Source: Blepharisma stoltei ATCC 30299 (taxonomy: Eukaryota; Protista; Ciliophora). Taken from it: a stretch of DNA of 64,000 nucleotides. Made by a program: the position numbers and the translations under genes. Shown piece after piece: positions 1 to 10,362 of this stretch (positions are counted from its first letter, which is position 1; each line of letters opens with the position of its first letter). Below the pieces are notes generated by a model that saw nothing but the letters and a program-made list of their open reading frames with translations, was not told where the DNA came from and did no database searches. Where the stretch lies: NCBI GenBank assembly GCA_965603825.1, contig CBFDEM010000020.1, forward strand, positions 186,001-250,000, in the 5' to 3' direction.

Positions 1-660
1 ACAGTCTCTTTTGGAAATGTTGAGAAAAAGACAGAACTTTATAATTGACTTGTCAGTATGAAACTAGAAGAGTTGTATGAAATTTTGATGGTGGCTGGAT
101 ATGATGATATTGAACAAATGACGTCGCAGCTGAATTCCACACTTCCTATTTCTGAAGAAACCTTGGTAGGCATTGGGATTATGAAGTCAGGGCTGAGAAG
201 AAGGTTACTAGCTGCGTTAGATGAAGAAGCAAGGGGGCTCAAAACTTCTAGGAAACTCCAGAAACAAGAGTCAAGAAACCCTTTAAAATGCTGTGCAGCT
301 CCAGTGGCTGCAAATAACGGGTTTTTAAATGTCCCAAATCTACAATCTTGACTAGAAAACCTAAACTTAGGCCAATTATATACAAATTTCATTGACTCTG
401 GCTATGATGAAATGGAGCAGCTTTTTGCCCTCATGAATTCCAAATGGCCCATCACCGACGAAATCCTCTCATCAGAAGTAAAAATAACCAAGCCCGGCTA
501 TAGGCACCGCATCCTTTCCAAGCTACAAGAAGAATCCGTCGGCTTCGACACGATGCGAAAAAACTTAGGTGGATTCAGCAGCAGAAGTCGCAAAGGAGAG
601 GAATTTATCATTGATAAAACAAAATCCAACGCAGCCTGCGAATTGTGCCTGATAATATAA
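1..660 (+). CDS. Tandem SAM-domain protein, 5'-truncated by window edge, with C-terminal CaaX (CLII)
   Basis: Frame 1 is open from base 1 to TAA 658-660 if TGA 46-48 and 349-351 are Trp. Both fall at the SAM-domain Trp (YNWLVSMKLEELY; LQSWLENLNLGQLYTNF). Typical SAM end motifs GIMKSGLRRRLL and ITKPGYRHRIL. Confidence 0.8.
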
Positions 661-687
661 AGATTAAATTAAGTTGAGGAATATAAA

Positions 688-1578
688 ATGGCAGGGATAC
701 ATAGTTTAAGAGACCTTCCTCCAGAAAGACGACAAAGGCTAGTTAACGACCCAGCAAGGACTGGGCAATATCCTTTGCTTGGATATGGCTTTCAAATGGG
801 CACAGCTGAGCAAGCTCGTAAAGAAACATTTTGTCAAATGCTGAAATATATTTTTTGCCCTTTCTTTACAACACGTTCTTTTATTTTTGTAATCACAGTT
901 ATTGATATTGTCATATATTTTGTCACAGTTTTCTATGATTATGACTCAAGCAACTTTCTGGAACCCACAAATCACTCATTAGACGAATTCGGGGCGAAAG
1001 ATCCTGAAAAAATGCAGCAGGACTACGAAATGTGAAGATGGTTGACCCCGATGGTTTTGCATGCAAATTTGACCCATATAACGTTTAATATGATAATGCA
1101 GGTTATCCTTGGGTTTAGACTAGAGCCTACTGTAGGGACTAAAAGGACGATTATTGTGTATGTGGTCTCAGGGATGGGAGGAATCCTGTTTAGCTGCTTG
1201 GTTAGTCCTACAACGATGGCAGTAGGAGCATCTACCTCGATCTTTGGGATTACGTCAGCTATGTTAGCATGGATTATTATGAATTGGACTAGCCTAGAAG
1301 GGGATGTTTATAGAACAATTACCTTGATTTGGCTAATTATGATACTGATTTTTAACTTGATCATGGGGTTTGTAAGGATTATATAGGCTTCGCCACTAGT
1401 TGATAACTGGGGACACTTTGGAGGACTGATTGTAGGATTTGGGATGGGATATGCGGTATTTGAGTATATTGCTCCACCAAATCGTAAAGAAAAAAATATG
1501 AAAATTGGTATGGCAGGTGCTGTAGGGTTTTATTTCGTGCTTGGATTTATCTTGTTTTATACAGTTGTGAAGACTTAA
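688..1578 (+). CDS. Rhomboid intramembrane serine protease
   Basis: TGA 1033-1035 as Trp gives WRWLTPMVLHANLTHITFN; catalytic GASTSIFG; removing 15-nt intron 1372-1386 restores IMGF-ASPLVDNWGHFGG with the catalytic His; TAA ends at 1578. Confidence 0.93.
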
Positions 1579-1871
1579 TTATATAAGCACACTGATAAAT
1601 ATTTTATTAGTTTAGTAGTTTTTAAACCTATTTTAAATTTTATAATAGCCCTTATTTAAAACATTTGTTATGCAGCTTCCTGATTTTTTTATTAAGTAAT
1701 ACTGAATCCATATAAGTTATTTTAAAGCCTATTGGAAAAAATTCCTTCCGTCTCTGAAATAAGCTCATTTTTAAATCTATAGTCGATATTTTTATTTGCA
1801 AACAGATTTAAGTGATTTTATTGATAACTATACTATTTAATTGCACAAATTTCATAATCTGAAAGATATAA

Positions 1872-2897
1872 ATGGAAAACAACCTATCAGATCTGATTTT
1901 TAATGAATCAGAATTCTTAGACTTCAATTGGGATAATAAAAGCCTAACTAAGCCTTATGAAGAATCTAATCTTCCAAAATGCGTTTTATGTGGCAAGTTT
2001 GTGTTTGAGAATGATTCAGATCGTGGACCATATAAAAGGCTGAAAAAGTCTGATATTGAGATATCTGTACCACAGCCTTTTTTGTGTGAAAATTGCTTAA
2101 AATTGAATAATTCTGAACTAAATAGCTTGAGAGATATTTCTTCCAAAATCAAAAGGCTAGTTAAGCGAGAGCAAGCAAAAAGAAAAATCCTAAAGAACCC
2201 AGAAATTGAAAATCCAATCCCGCTAGAAGATAACCCAAAAAAGCAAGAAAGGCAGCTTAAAAACCGACTAGCAGCCCAACAAAGCAGAGATAAACATAAA
2301 ATATTTGTGAGTAATTTAATACAAGAAAATGAGCAGCTTAAATCAGAAAACCAAAAACTCCAGACAATTAAAGCTGAAAACTCGCTATTGAAAAAGCATC
2401 TTTCTCAATTTTTTTTAAAAAATAACGAAATTTCGCTGTTTAAAAAAGCTGCTAAAGGGGTTACAATAGCGCTAGCTACTATTGTTTCAATAATGATTCT
2501 TGCAAATACACTTGAAAATACTATTGAAAACTGTATGAATTTGCAAAAATTCAATTTAGATGATTATAAAGATTTATCTGGGAAAAGTGTCAAGGATGCA
2601 GCGAATTCTATGCTTTTCTGCTTTGGGATAGATCTAAGTGCTTTTCTTCCTTGTGAAGAAAGAAATATAAATTCAGAGTTATTAAGTAGCCAATATTTTA
2701 TAGAAAACTCAAATAATGATCTTCACAATACAATATTTTGTCCTGAAGCTATTCTTTTATCTGATAAAAATGAAAATTCAAAACAAATAAAGTTTATATT
2801 CCCTAAAGATAATTTCTCGTCGATTATTGACATAGCTAGAAAATCACCAAGCCCATATGTATCAATGTCAGTACCCACATCACATTTAATCTTATAG
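1872..2897 (+). CDS. bZIP transcription factor with a downstream transmembrane helix (ATF6/bZIP28-like architecture)
   Basis: Basic region KKQERQLKNRLAAQQSRDKHK, leucine zipper, then hydrophobic GVTIALATIVSIMILA; N-terminal CxxC...CxxC. Confidence 0.75.
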   Translation: MENNLSDLIFNESEFLDFNWDNKSLTKPYEESNLPKCVLCGKFVFENDSDRGPYKRLKKSDIEISVPQPFLCENCLKLNNSELNSLRDISSKIKRLVKREQAKRKILKNPEIENPIPLEDNPKKQERQLKNRLAAQQSRDKHKIFVSNLIQENEQLKSENQKLQTIKAENSLLKKHLSQFFLKNNEISLFKKAAKGVTIALATIVSIMILANTLENTIENCMNLQKFNLDDYKDLSGKSVKDAANSMLFCFGIDLSAFLPCEERNINSELLSSQYFIENSNNDLHNTIFCPEAILLSDKNENSKQIKFIFPKDNFSSIIDIARKSPSPYVSMSVPTSHLIL

Positions 2898-3050
2898 TGG
2901 CATCCTATAATAATTTCTATAATGATAATATCAGAATAATTTTAAAATTGGTATTCAGATTTAGCTAATGCATCATAATTTTCATTTAATATAAAGACAA
3001 ATTATGTGTCGGAATTTTTATCCATTTACCTATTATTTTCTATGTGATAA

Positions 3051-4607
3051 TTATGCAGTAAACAAACAATCAACGTAGTTTGACATAATATCTCCCACAA
3101 TTTTCTTATCAGGAAATGAAGTAACCATTCCATATAGCTGGCAAGTATGATAAGCATTCACATCAGGAGATTTCAAGACTTCTTCAACAGCTTTGCGAAG
3201 GTCTTCAATAAACTTTTCAGCTTGAGGGGCATTAGCATAAGTGACGCATAAATGCGCTCCAGGAGGGTTTTGGATTGCATTTAATCCCCATCCTCCAATT
3301 CTGCTCATAGCTGACACAATTGCCCAAACATTGACAGTTTTTGACTGAAACGCCACCACACTCATAAGTGGGTCTCCCATAAGTTCAATATGAGGAACTT
3401 TTACAATTTCTCTCTTAATATATGTAGCTGCGTCCATTATAGATTTAGCGCACTCAATATAAGAAGCCCTGCCCATACTCAAAAGGGTAGTCCAAGCGCC
3501 AACAGATATACAGCCAGTCCTGCTTCCTGATAAAGTTGGAGTTGCATAAATTCCTCCAGTCCATGTAGGCGACACAAAGTAGCTATATTTTCTTAATTCT
3601 TGATTAGCAAACATTAAGCATGAGACTCCTTTAGGCGTGTATCCGTACTTGTGAGGATCACAAGAAATTGAAGTTACACCTGGGACTGAAAAATCGCATA
3701 AAGGGATATTGTAGCCTGCATCTTTCATAAATGGATGCAAAAAGCCACCTAAGCAGCCATCAATGTGGAAATTTTTTTTATGCTTGATTGCCAATTTTCC
3801 TAATTCTTCAAGGTTATCGATAACTCCATATGCATAGCAAGGAGCGCTTCCTATAATTACAACTGTGTTTCTAGAAATTTTTTTCCTTACTGCATTAATG
3901 TCTACTTTGAAATCAGGGCCAAGTTTTACATGAACCAGCTCCATGCCAAAATAATGTGCTGCTTTGTCAACAGCTGCATGAACAGACACTGGGGCCAAGA
4001 TTTCAGGCTCAGTGATGCCTTGCTCTCTGCCCCATTCTCTGTATGCAAGCATTGCTAATAAAAGACTTTCTGTTCCTCCTTGTGTTAAAATTCCGCATGC
4101 ATTTGGCCCTCCATTAAACAAATTTATTGTGATTTGGACAATTTCGCTTTCCATTTGTCTAACAGCTGGGAAAATTTCAGGGTGAAGAGGATTGGAGATT
4201 ATAAAGGATTTCATAGCTTTGGCTGCTATAACTTGTAGATTTTTACCTCCGTGATAAATAGCACCTGAAATTCTGCCACCTTTTTGGAATTCGACGTCTC
4301 TTTCTGCCCACTTGCTTAATCTTTCAAATAGTGTTTTAGTATCAATTCCAGACGCAGGAAGAGCAGTTATTGGGTCTTCTCTATGTGCCAGCATCACTTT
4401 CAGAAGTTCTTCCTTTGTTGCATCATTTTTTTGCTGGAATTGTTTCTTGAAATACTTGAACCTTAAAAGAAAACGAGAAACTTTTTGGATAATAATTTGC
4501 TTCAGACCTTTGCGTCGGATTAATTTGACCCATCCAGGGAGTTTTGTGAGTATGATAACAATGATCGCTGTGAGAAGTGAGATTTTCACCGGAGAATAAG
4601 CGACCAT
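3051..4607 (-). CDS. SGPL1: Sphingosine-1-phosphate lyase (PLP-dependent)
   Basis: N-terminal TM, SGAIYHG, NPLHPEIFP, GGTES, SISCDPHKYG (PLP lysine), WTGGIYATPTLSGSR. Confidence 0.95.
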   Translation of the reverse strand: MVAYSPVKISLLTAIIVIILTKLPGWVKLIRRKGLKQIIIQKVSRFLLRFKYFKKQFQQKNDATKEELLKVMLAHREDPITALPASGIDTKTLFERLSKWAERDVEFQKGGRISGAIYHGGKNLQVIAAKAMKSFIISNPLHPEIFPAVRQMESEIVQITINLFNGGPNACGILTQGGTESLLLAMLAYREWGREQGITEPEILAPVSVHAAVDKAAHYFGMELVHVKLGPDFKVDINAVRKKISRNTVVIIGSAPCYAYGVIDNLEELGKLAIKHKKNFHIDGCLGGFLHPFMKDAGYNIPLCDFSVPGVTSISCDPHKYGYTPKGVSCLMFANQELRKYSYFVSPTWTGGIYATPTLSGSRTGCISVGAWTTLLSMGRASYIECAKSIMDAATYIKREIVKVPHIELMGDPLMSVVAFQSKTVNVWAIVSAMSRIGGWGLNAIQNPPGAHLCVTYANAPQAEKFIEDLRKAVEEVLKSPDVNAYHTCQLYGMVTSFPDKKIVGDIMSNYVDCLFTA

Positions 4608-5453
4608 ATTTTTTGTGATTATGTCACAAAAGTGAAATGGTCATATTAGCTCATGTATTAGCTAAGGCAAAATATAAAAATTAAAGCTTTTATTCTCATT
4701 TTAGGGAAATCATGAAAAAATAGATTGTCCTTTTATATAGTCAGGAGTGAATGAAATTTAAAACAAAAAATTAGTAGGTAGAAAGAGTCAGGGATTTTTC
4801 AAACCCACACTATAAAGTTAAAAGTTTTATAGCAAATTGCATGGATAAAAAAGGATTAAAAAGTTTTCTGAAGAATAATATATATTGAATTGAGAAAAAT
4901 TAATAAATAAATAAGAAAGATTATCATAATTATCTAATTCTCATAATCTATCAAAATTGAAGGCAAGAACTGCATATTATGCCTAATAATATTTTATTTT
5001 TCGATTTGATTTTTTTTGATAGTGATTATCCCTTTCAGATTTAAAAAATACAAAGAAAAGTGCATCGATTTTAAACGACTTAATTATAAATCAGAAAATA
5101 ATTGCCATTTTATATGTTTTTATTTAACAATTTCGAATTTTCTTCCATGTTTAACCTTTGTTAATTAACTAAATTATTTTTAGAATGGTCTCCGTTATAG
5201 CATCATAAAATTTAAATAATTTGTTAATATTAAAATCTTCGTACTTCTATAGTAATGTAGGCAGTTTTAGTTTAAAATTGGCATAGCTCTAATTAAGAAA
5301 TTGCCATCAGCTTATAAATACAAATTTATCATATTATCATGGAAAATCTTTTTTCAAATGTAATTATATGAGATTCCTTGTTATTATAACCCTATGCTCG
5401 ATATATACCTTTACTTTAAACTGATTTCATCAAGCTGAAGCTAAATTTCATAA

Positions 5454-6290
5454 ATGGAACTTAATAGCTTGATTTTCCCAGCACCAAAACCATTTTACAG
5501 CGAAGACTCGTTCCCAGGAGAGCTCATATTTGTCCCCCGAGTTAATTCCTCCACAAAGCCCAGGATTCCTTGTTTATACTTGACATGTCCAAGAGGATCA
5601 AGTAAAGTTCTTCTTTACTTTCATGGAAATGCTGAAGATATAGGACTAGCATATGAATTACTAGACCATTTAAGATCTACCTTAATGATGCACGTAATTG
5701 CAGTTGAATATCCAGGCTATGGCTTATACCCTGGGGAAAGTTCCGCAAGTCAAATAATTGAGGATGCTGACAACGTATATCAATATCTTGTACAAGAAGT
5801 CGGAATAAATCCAAGAGACATTATTGTTTTCGGCAGATCTATTGGAACAGGCCCAGCCTGCTGGCTAGCTGCAGAACGAAATCCAGGCGCTTTACTTCTT
5901 ATGTCTGCCTACACTTGCATTAGGTCAGTAGCAAAAAGTATTGCTGGTACAATAGCTTCTTATCTTGTAAAAGACAGATTCCGAAATATCGACCTAATGC
6001 CTAAAATAGAATGCCCTACTTTTATCATTCATGGCCAAAAAGACGCACTCATCCCTTACGAAAATTCACAGCAGTTGCATGACCGTTGTGCTGGGCCTTG
6101 CAGCTTAATTTTGCCTCGAGAAATGGATCACAATGAGTTCGATTTTTACGACGATTTATCGTTACCTTTTTCAGCATTTTTGATGCAGTGTGGAATTTCA
6201 GTTATCCCAGAAAGCATTCACTCAGCATTTCTGAGCATTCCTGCGCATTTGTATTTACCCGGGCACAAGAGTTTAGATGGGAGGCATTAG
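5454..6290 (+). CDS. Alpha/beta hydrolase, ABHD17/ABHD13-like
   Basis: LYFHGNAEDIG, EYPGYG, nucleophile GRSIGTG, HGQKD, DHNE. Confidence 0.9.
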   Translation: MELNSLIFPAPKPFYSEDSFPGELIFVPRVNSSTKPRIPCLYLTCPRGSSKVLLYFHGNAEDIGLAYELLDHLRSTLMMHVIAVEYPGYGLYPGESSASQIIEDADNVYQYLVQEVGINPRDIIVFGRSIGTGPACWLAAERNPGALLLMSAYTCIRSVAKSIAGTIASYLVKDRFRNIDLMPKIECPTFIIHGQKDALIPYENSQQLHDRCAGPCSLILPREMDHNEFDFYDDLSLPFSAFLMQCGISVIPESIHSAFLSIPAHLYLPGHKSLDGRH

Positions 6291-6351
6291 TAATGTAAGT
6301 ATATTGAAATTTGAAGTATTTAAGCTTAAATTTTGGGATAGGTTATAATAT

Positions 6352-6434
6352 GGCTGTTTGCCCGAGGGGTTAAGGGGGCAGACTCAAGATCTGCTGGATG
6401 AAAGTCCGCATGGGTTCAAATCCCATAGCAGCCA
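6352..6434 (+). tRNA. tRNA-Leu (anticodon CAA)
   Basis: Acceptor stem GGCTGTT/AGCAGCC plus discriminator A; anticodon arm GCAGA-CTCAAGA-TCTGC; long variable arm; T arm ATGGG-TTCAAAT-CCCAT; followed by TTTTT Pol III terminator. Confidence 0.93.
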
Positions 6435-6533
6435 TTTTTGCTGCAGATTTATTATTAATTTTGACAAGACGAATGCATATAAAATCAATTTTTCAGTTGA
6501 CTATTTTATATCATTTTTGGTAATAAATATAAA

Positions 6534-7427
6534 ATGATATACGACTCAAGCAAAAACTCGCCTTCACACATACGGAATATGGAAAAAGTCAAGGCGCTGG
6601 AACAAAAATTAATTAAAGACCTTGAAAATTCAATAAGAAGATCAAGAAATCTGTATGAAAAATATATAAAAACCACAAATAACCGAATCAATAAGAGACA
6701 ATATTATAATACTTTAAAAAGGCTAGAAACTTATATACAAAAGAAAGACAAAACTCCAAAAATTATTACGCCGATTATAGATTCTCCTATTGAAGATTCC
6801 CCAATCCATGAGCATTTGAAAAGATTTGAGTTTCAGAAACCTCCTTTAAAAATACCGATTTGTGTCCCTCAGTCAATTATTAGAAAATCCCAACGGTGCC
6901 CTCTCCCAACGATTCAGCATACTATGAGAAATGGAGAAATCGCTACAGTCCATATATTATCTGAGTCAGCGCCAGTTTTCGATCCATTAGTCATGGTGCA
7001 GGCTGAGTTTAATTTAGAAGATGCAAAAAATGAGGAAAATTCTGCAGAAAAATCCAGCACAATTTATTTAAGCCAGATTAACCCTTTTTCAAGCAATGAT
7101 ACTTTTCCAAGATTCAGCTCATTACAAGACCATAAACTAACTGAGCCTAAAGGAATACCGAAACTAAGAGAATACACTCCAAAGAAAAAAGCTCACACAC
7201 ATGTTTTCAGAGATCTATCATTTGATAGCAGTATGATAGACTCTAAAAAGCAAATAGTTAGTGAAAGAATGAAGAATTATGCAGGAAAAGTTAAAGAATT
7301 CTACACTCCTCGACAAAGTGAGTCAAAGCAAATTGAGTTTTTGATAAACCAAGAAAGACTGAAAAAGCAGAAGCCAGTTCGAGTTAGTAAAGTTAAATTG
7401 GAAGAATTAGCTGATGAAAATCTTTAA
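6534..7427 (+). CDS. Hypothetical basic, low-complexity protein
   Basis: 297-codon ATG-TAA ORF; no family recognised. Confidence 0.7.
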   Translation: MIYDSSKNSPSHIRNMEKVKALEQKLIKDLENSIRRSRNLYEKYIKTTNNRINKRQYYNTLKRLETYIQKKDKTPKIITPIIDSPIEDSPIHEHLKRFEFQKPPLKIPICVPQSIIRKSQRCPLPTIQHTMRNGEIATVHILSESAPVFDPLVMVQAEFNLEDAKNEENSAEKSSTIYLSQINPFSSNDTFPRFSSLQDHKLTEPKGIPKLREYTPKKKAHTHVFRDLSFDSSMIDSKKQIVSERMKNYAGKVKEFYTPRQSESKQIEFLINQERLKKQKPVRVSKVKLEELADENL

Positions 7428-7609
7428 TTAATTCATGCTCATAGTATTATTTCTAATAGATACTTCTAGATAGAAAATCATATCATATTCAGATCCTTAG
7501 CAGGATTCCCTTGTTGAACACACACAAAATACTCTTAAAATATTCCAAATTTTCCTTAATTTCTAAGAAATCTATTTTTCAAACACCTTAAATTAATGGC
7601 TATATAAAA

Positions 7610-8464
7610 ATGCTATCCAAGGCATTACACTCTCTTCGAAAATTTTCTGCTCAGCCTTACAACCCCATGAAGTACCTCCAGAGCTACATACCCACGAAAA
7701 TGCCAACAAAAGAAGAAATCGAGGAAGGAGTAAAAACAGCTCATGAAAACTCAGGCATGCTCGTGCACAACGTCCGTCACATCAATCCATTGCGCCAGTC
7801 AGGTCCTCTGCCTGCTTTTGATGGACCTTTCTCAATGGAAGACATTTTGCAAAATTCTTATCAAGAATACTTTAAGATAAACGACATTTGTTATCCTTCA
7901 ACAGATGCTGAAGAAATCATGAGACGCGTACCTGGTGTAACAAGAGAAGAGGCTGAATATATTAGATCTCTTGGCTTCACCCCTGATGATGAAGTAGAAC
8001 TCGCTTACTGGTACAAGACTATTGGATTTGATATATATTACCCTCTGAACAACACTTATGTAGCTAGACAAGTCCTCACCAACTCAAAAGGAGAAAAAGT
8101 GGAAGTCATGTGGCCTTATATGGCATGGGAAGATTGTAATGAACTGTCAGTGGATACAGCCCTACAAGATATGCCTTACTATACAATCAGACATTGGGAA
8201 GCTTACTCTGGTGATGAATGGTACAAGTATGTAAACAACCAAGATCTTGGTGTCCCAGATACCTGGTTTGAATATGATAAAAACACTAGATACCTACTAC
8301 AGATGGTGCAAGACCAGCTTGAAGAGCTGCCAGACAGCAAAAGACCATGGCCTAGCCCTAAGAATCCACATTGCCGTAGCCTTTTCACTAATGACCAAGC
8401 TAAGAATGAAGAAATGTCAGAAATGGCCAAACCAGACTGGAAGCATAGGTCTCCAGATGAATAA
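7610..8464 (+). CDS. Putative mitochondrial protein (candidate lineage-specific respiratory-complex subunit)
   Basis: 284-codon ORF with presequence-like start MLSKALHSLRKFSAQ; all 8 Trp encoded TGG. Function is inference only. Confidence 0.5.
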   Translation: MLSKALHSLRKFSAQPYNPMKYLQSYIPTKMPTKEEIEEGVKTAHENSGMLVHNVRHINPLRQSGPLPAFDGPFSMEDILQNSYQEYFKINDICYPSTDAEEIMRRVPGVTREEAEYIRSLGFTPDDEVELAYWYKTIGFDIYYPLNNTYVARQVLTNSKGEKVEVMWPYMAWEDCNELSVDTALQDMPYYTIRHWEAYSGDEWYKYVNNQDLGVPDTWFEYDKNTRYLLQMVQDQLEELPDSKRPWPSPKNPHCRSLFTNDQAKNEEMSEMAKPDWKHRSPDE

Positions 8465-8565
8465 GATTAACTTAATATTAAGTTATGAAAATCCTTTGAT
8501 ATTAGCAGTTACATATAATCACAAGCCCACAGTTCTTTCATAAAGGTTCAATTTATATATTAATC

Positions 8566-10251
8566 ATGGAAAGGTATAAAATTTTAAAGACTGTTGGAGA
8601 CGGCACTTTTGGGACAGTCTACAAAGCAGTCAACAAGTCAAACGGCGAAATTGTTGCCATCAAAAAGATGAAAAAGAAATTTTACAATTGAGATGAATGT
8701 CTAGCCCTTCGAGAGATAAAATCATTGCGAAAACTGTCCCATCCAAATATAATTAAGATGAAAGAAGTGATTCGTGTGAACGACGAACTGCATTTAGTAT
8801 TTGATTATCTTGACCAAAACGTGTATGAGCTTATTAAAGGGAAAACTGATTACTTGCCTGAAGCTCAAATCAGGTCTATCCTATATCAAACGTTTCTTGG
8901 GCTTGCTTATATGCATAAACAAGGATTTTTCCACCGAGACTTAAAGCCAGAAAACCTAATGGTCCATCAAGAGATTTGCAAAATCGCTGACTTCGGCCTT
9001 GCCAGAGAAATTCGTAGCAAGCCGCCATATACAGATTATGTAAGCACAAGGTGGTACAGAGCGCCAGAAATTTTACTAAGGAGCACCAATTACAACTCTC
9101 CTGCTGATATTTTTGCTATGGGCTGCATAATGGCTGAGCTTTATAATTTACGACCACTTGCCCCAGGGACTAATGAGAATGACCAGATGTTTAAATTTTG
9201 TACAGTCCTTGGGACTCCTTCACCTTCAGAATGGTCTGAAGGGTACAGACTGGCATCAAGCACTGGCTACCATTTTCCACAAGCAAGTGCAGTCCCAATG
9301 AGAACTCTAGTTCCAGGAGCATGCAGCGAAGGATTATCGCTATTAGAACAGCTTTTATCATGGAACCCACAAAGCAGGCCAACAGCTTCAGAATGTCTCC
9401 AGCACCCTTATTTTGTGAATTATCAGCCAATTTTGCCAAATCAGCCGCTCCCTCAACTAGAAGACCCAAGTTCTAGAGGAAATATTGAGAGCAGAGGAAA
9501 AGGGCTCCCATCAGCGTTTAGGAGGACAAACTCAAAATGGTCACAAGGAAGCTCAAGAATCGGAGGAGGCAGTTCAAAAGGCAAATGAAATATCAAAGCG
9601 AATATTCCTGTTACAGATAAAAAAGATTTTGTCCTACCAAAGCTCCCAGAAGTTGCAGAATTGTCGAGTTTTGGGATTGCTAAAAGAAACCCGCCTAATA
9701 AATATTTGCCAGACAATAATAATGTTCAAGGGAGCTCAGGCCAGCAGCGCGAAGACTTATACTTGCCACCAGTAGTAAACCCAGGGCCTGGAAAAATGCT
9801 ACCATCTCTATATGATAGCCAGCCTCCAAAAGATTATAGCATATATAATCCTCCAGCCCCTACTTTTGGGCAAGAAAGACAGCCACTAAGAGATGTTGGA
9901 TTAGAAAGAAACCCATCCCAAGCCCATGGGCACAAGCCGCGTGATTTTTCAATGGATCGACAAGACTATGATATTTATGGAGAAAAAGGAAAAAATAATT
10001 ATGGATATGAACGACAGACACCTGGAGAAAGATTCCCATCTGGAAATGGAGGACTCGGAAGAGGAATGCTAGACAAACTGCCGAAATTCAATGCTCCGTC
10101 ATTTCCTTATATGAACCAGCCTAAGAAGCTGCAGCCTGTAGGAGGTCTTTCTTCAATTGGGAGCAACATAATGGGATCAAAAATGCAAATGCAGCCAAGA
10201 GGCATGCAGAAAGCTTCAATGCTTCCTGCTATTGGAAGGCATCGATTTTAG
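8566..10251 (+). CDS. MAK/ICK-family (RCK) CMGC protein kinase, 561 aa
   Basis: [23 protein letters not shown](TGA 8689)[36 protein letters not shown] second TGA (9586) joins the C-terminal tail in frame to TAG 10249-10251. Confidence 0.92.
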
Positions 10252-10362
10252 TTAAATATGTAAATTCACAATAATAAAATAATGATCTTACGATCATGCT
10301 TAATATATAAAGTGTCTATAGGTGGTAAATATATTAAAATTATACTTAATAAACTGAATTAT

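Noticed and set aside
6352-6434. Possible UGA-suppressor or selenocysteine tRNA
   Set aside because: The centred anticodon is CAA in a 7-nt loop with a 5-bp stem; 7-bp acceptor stem and long variable arm fit tRNA-Leu.
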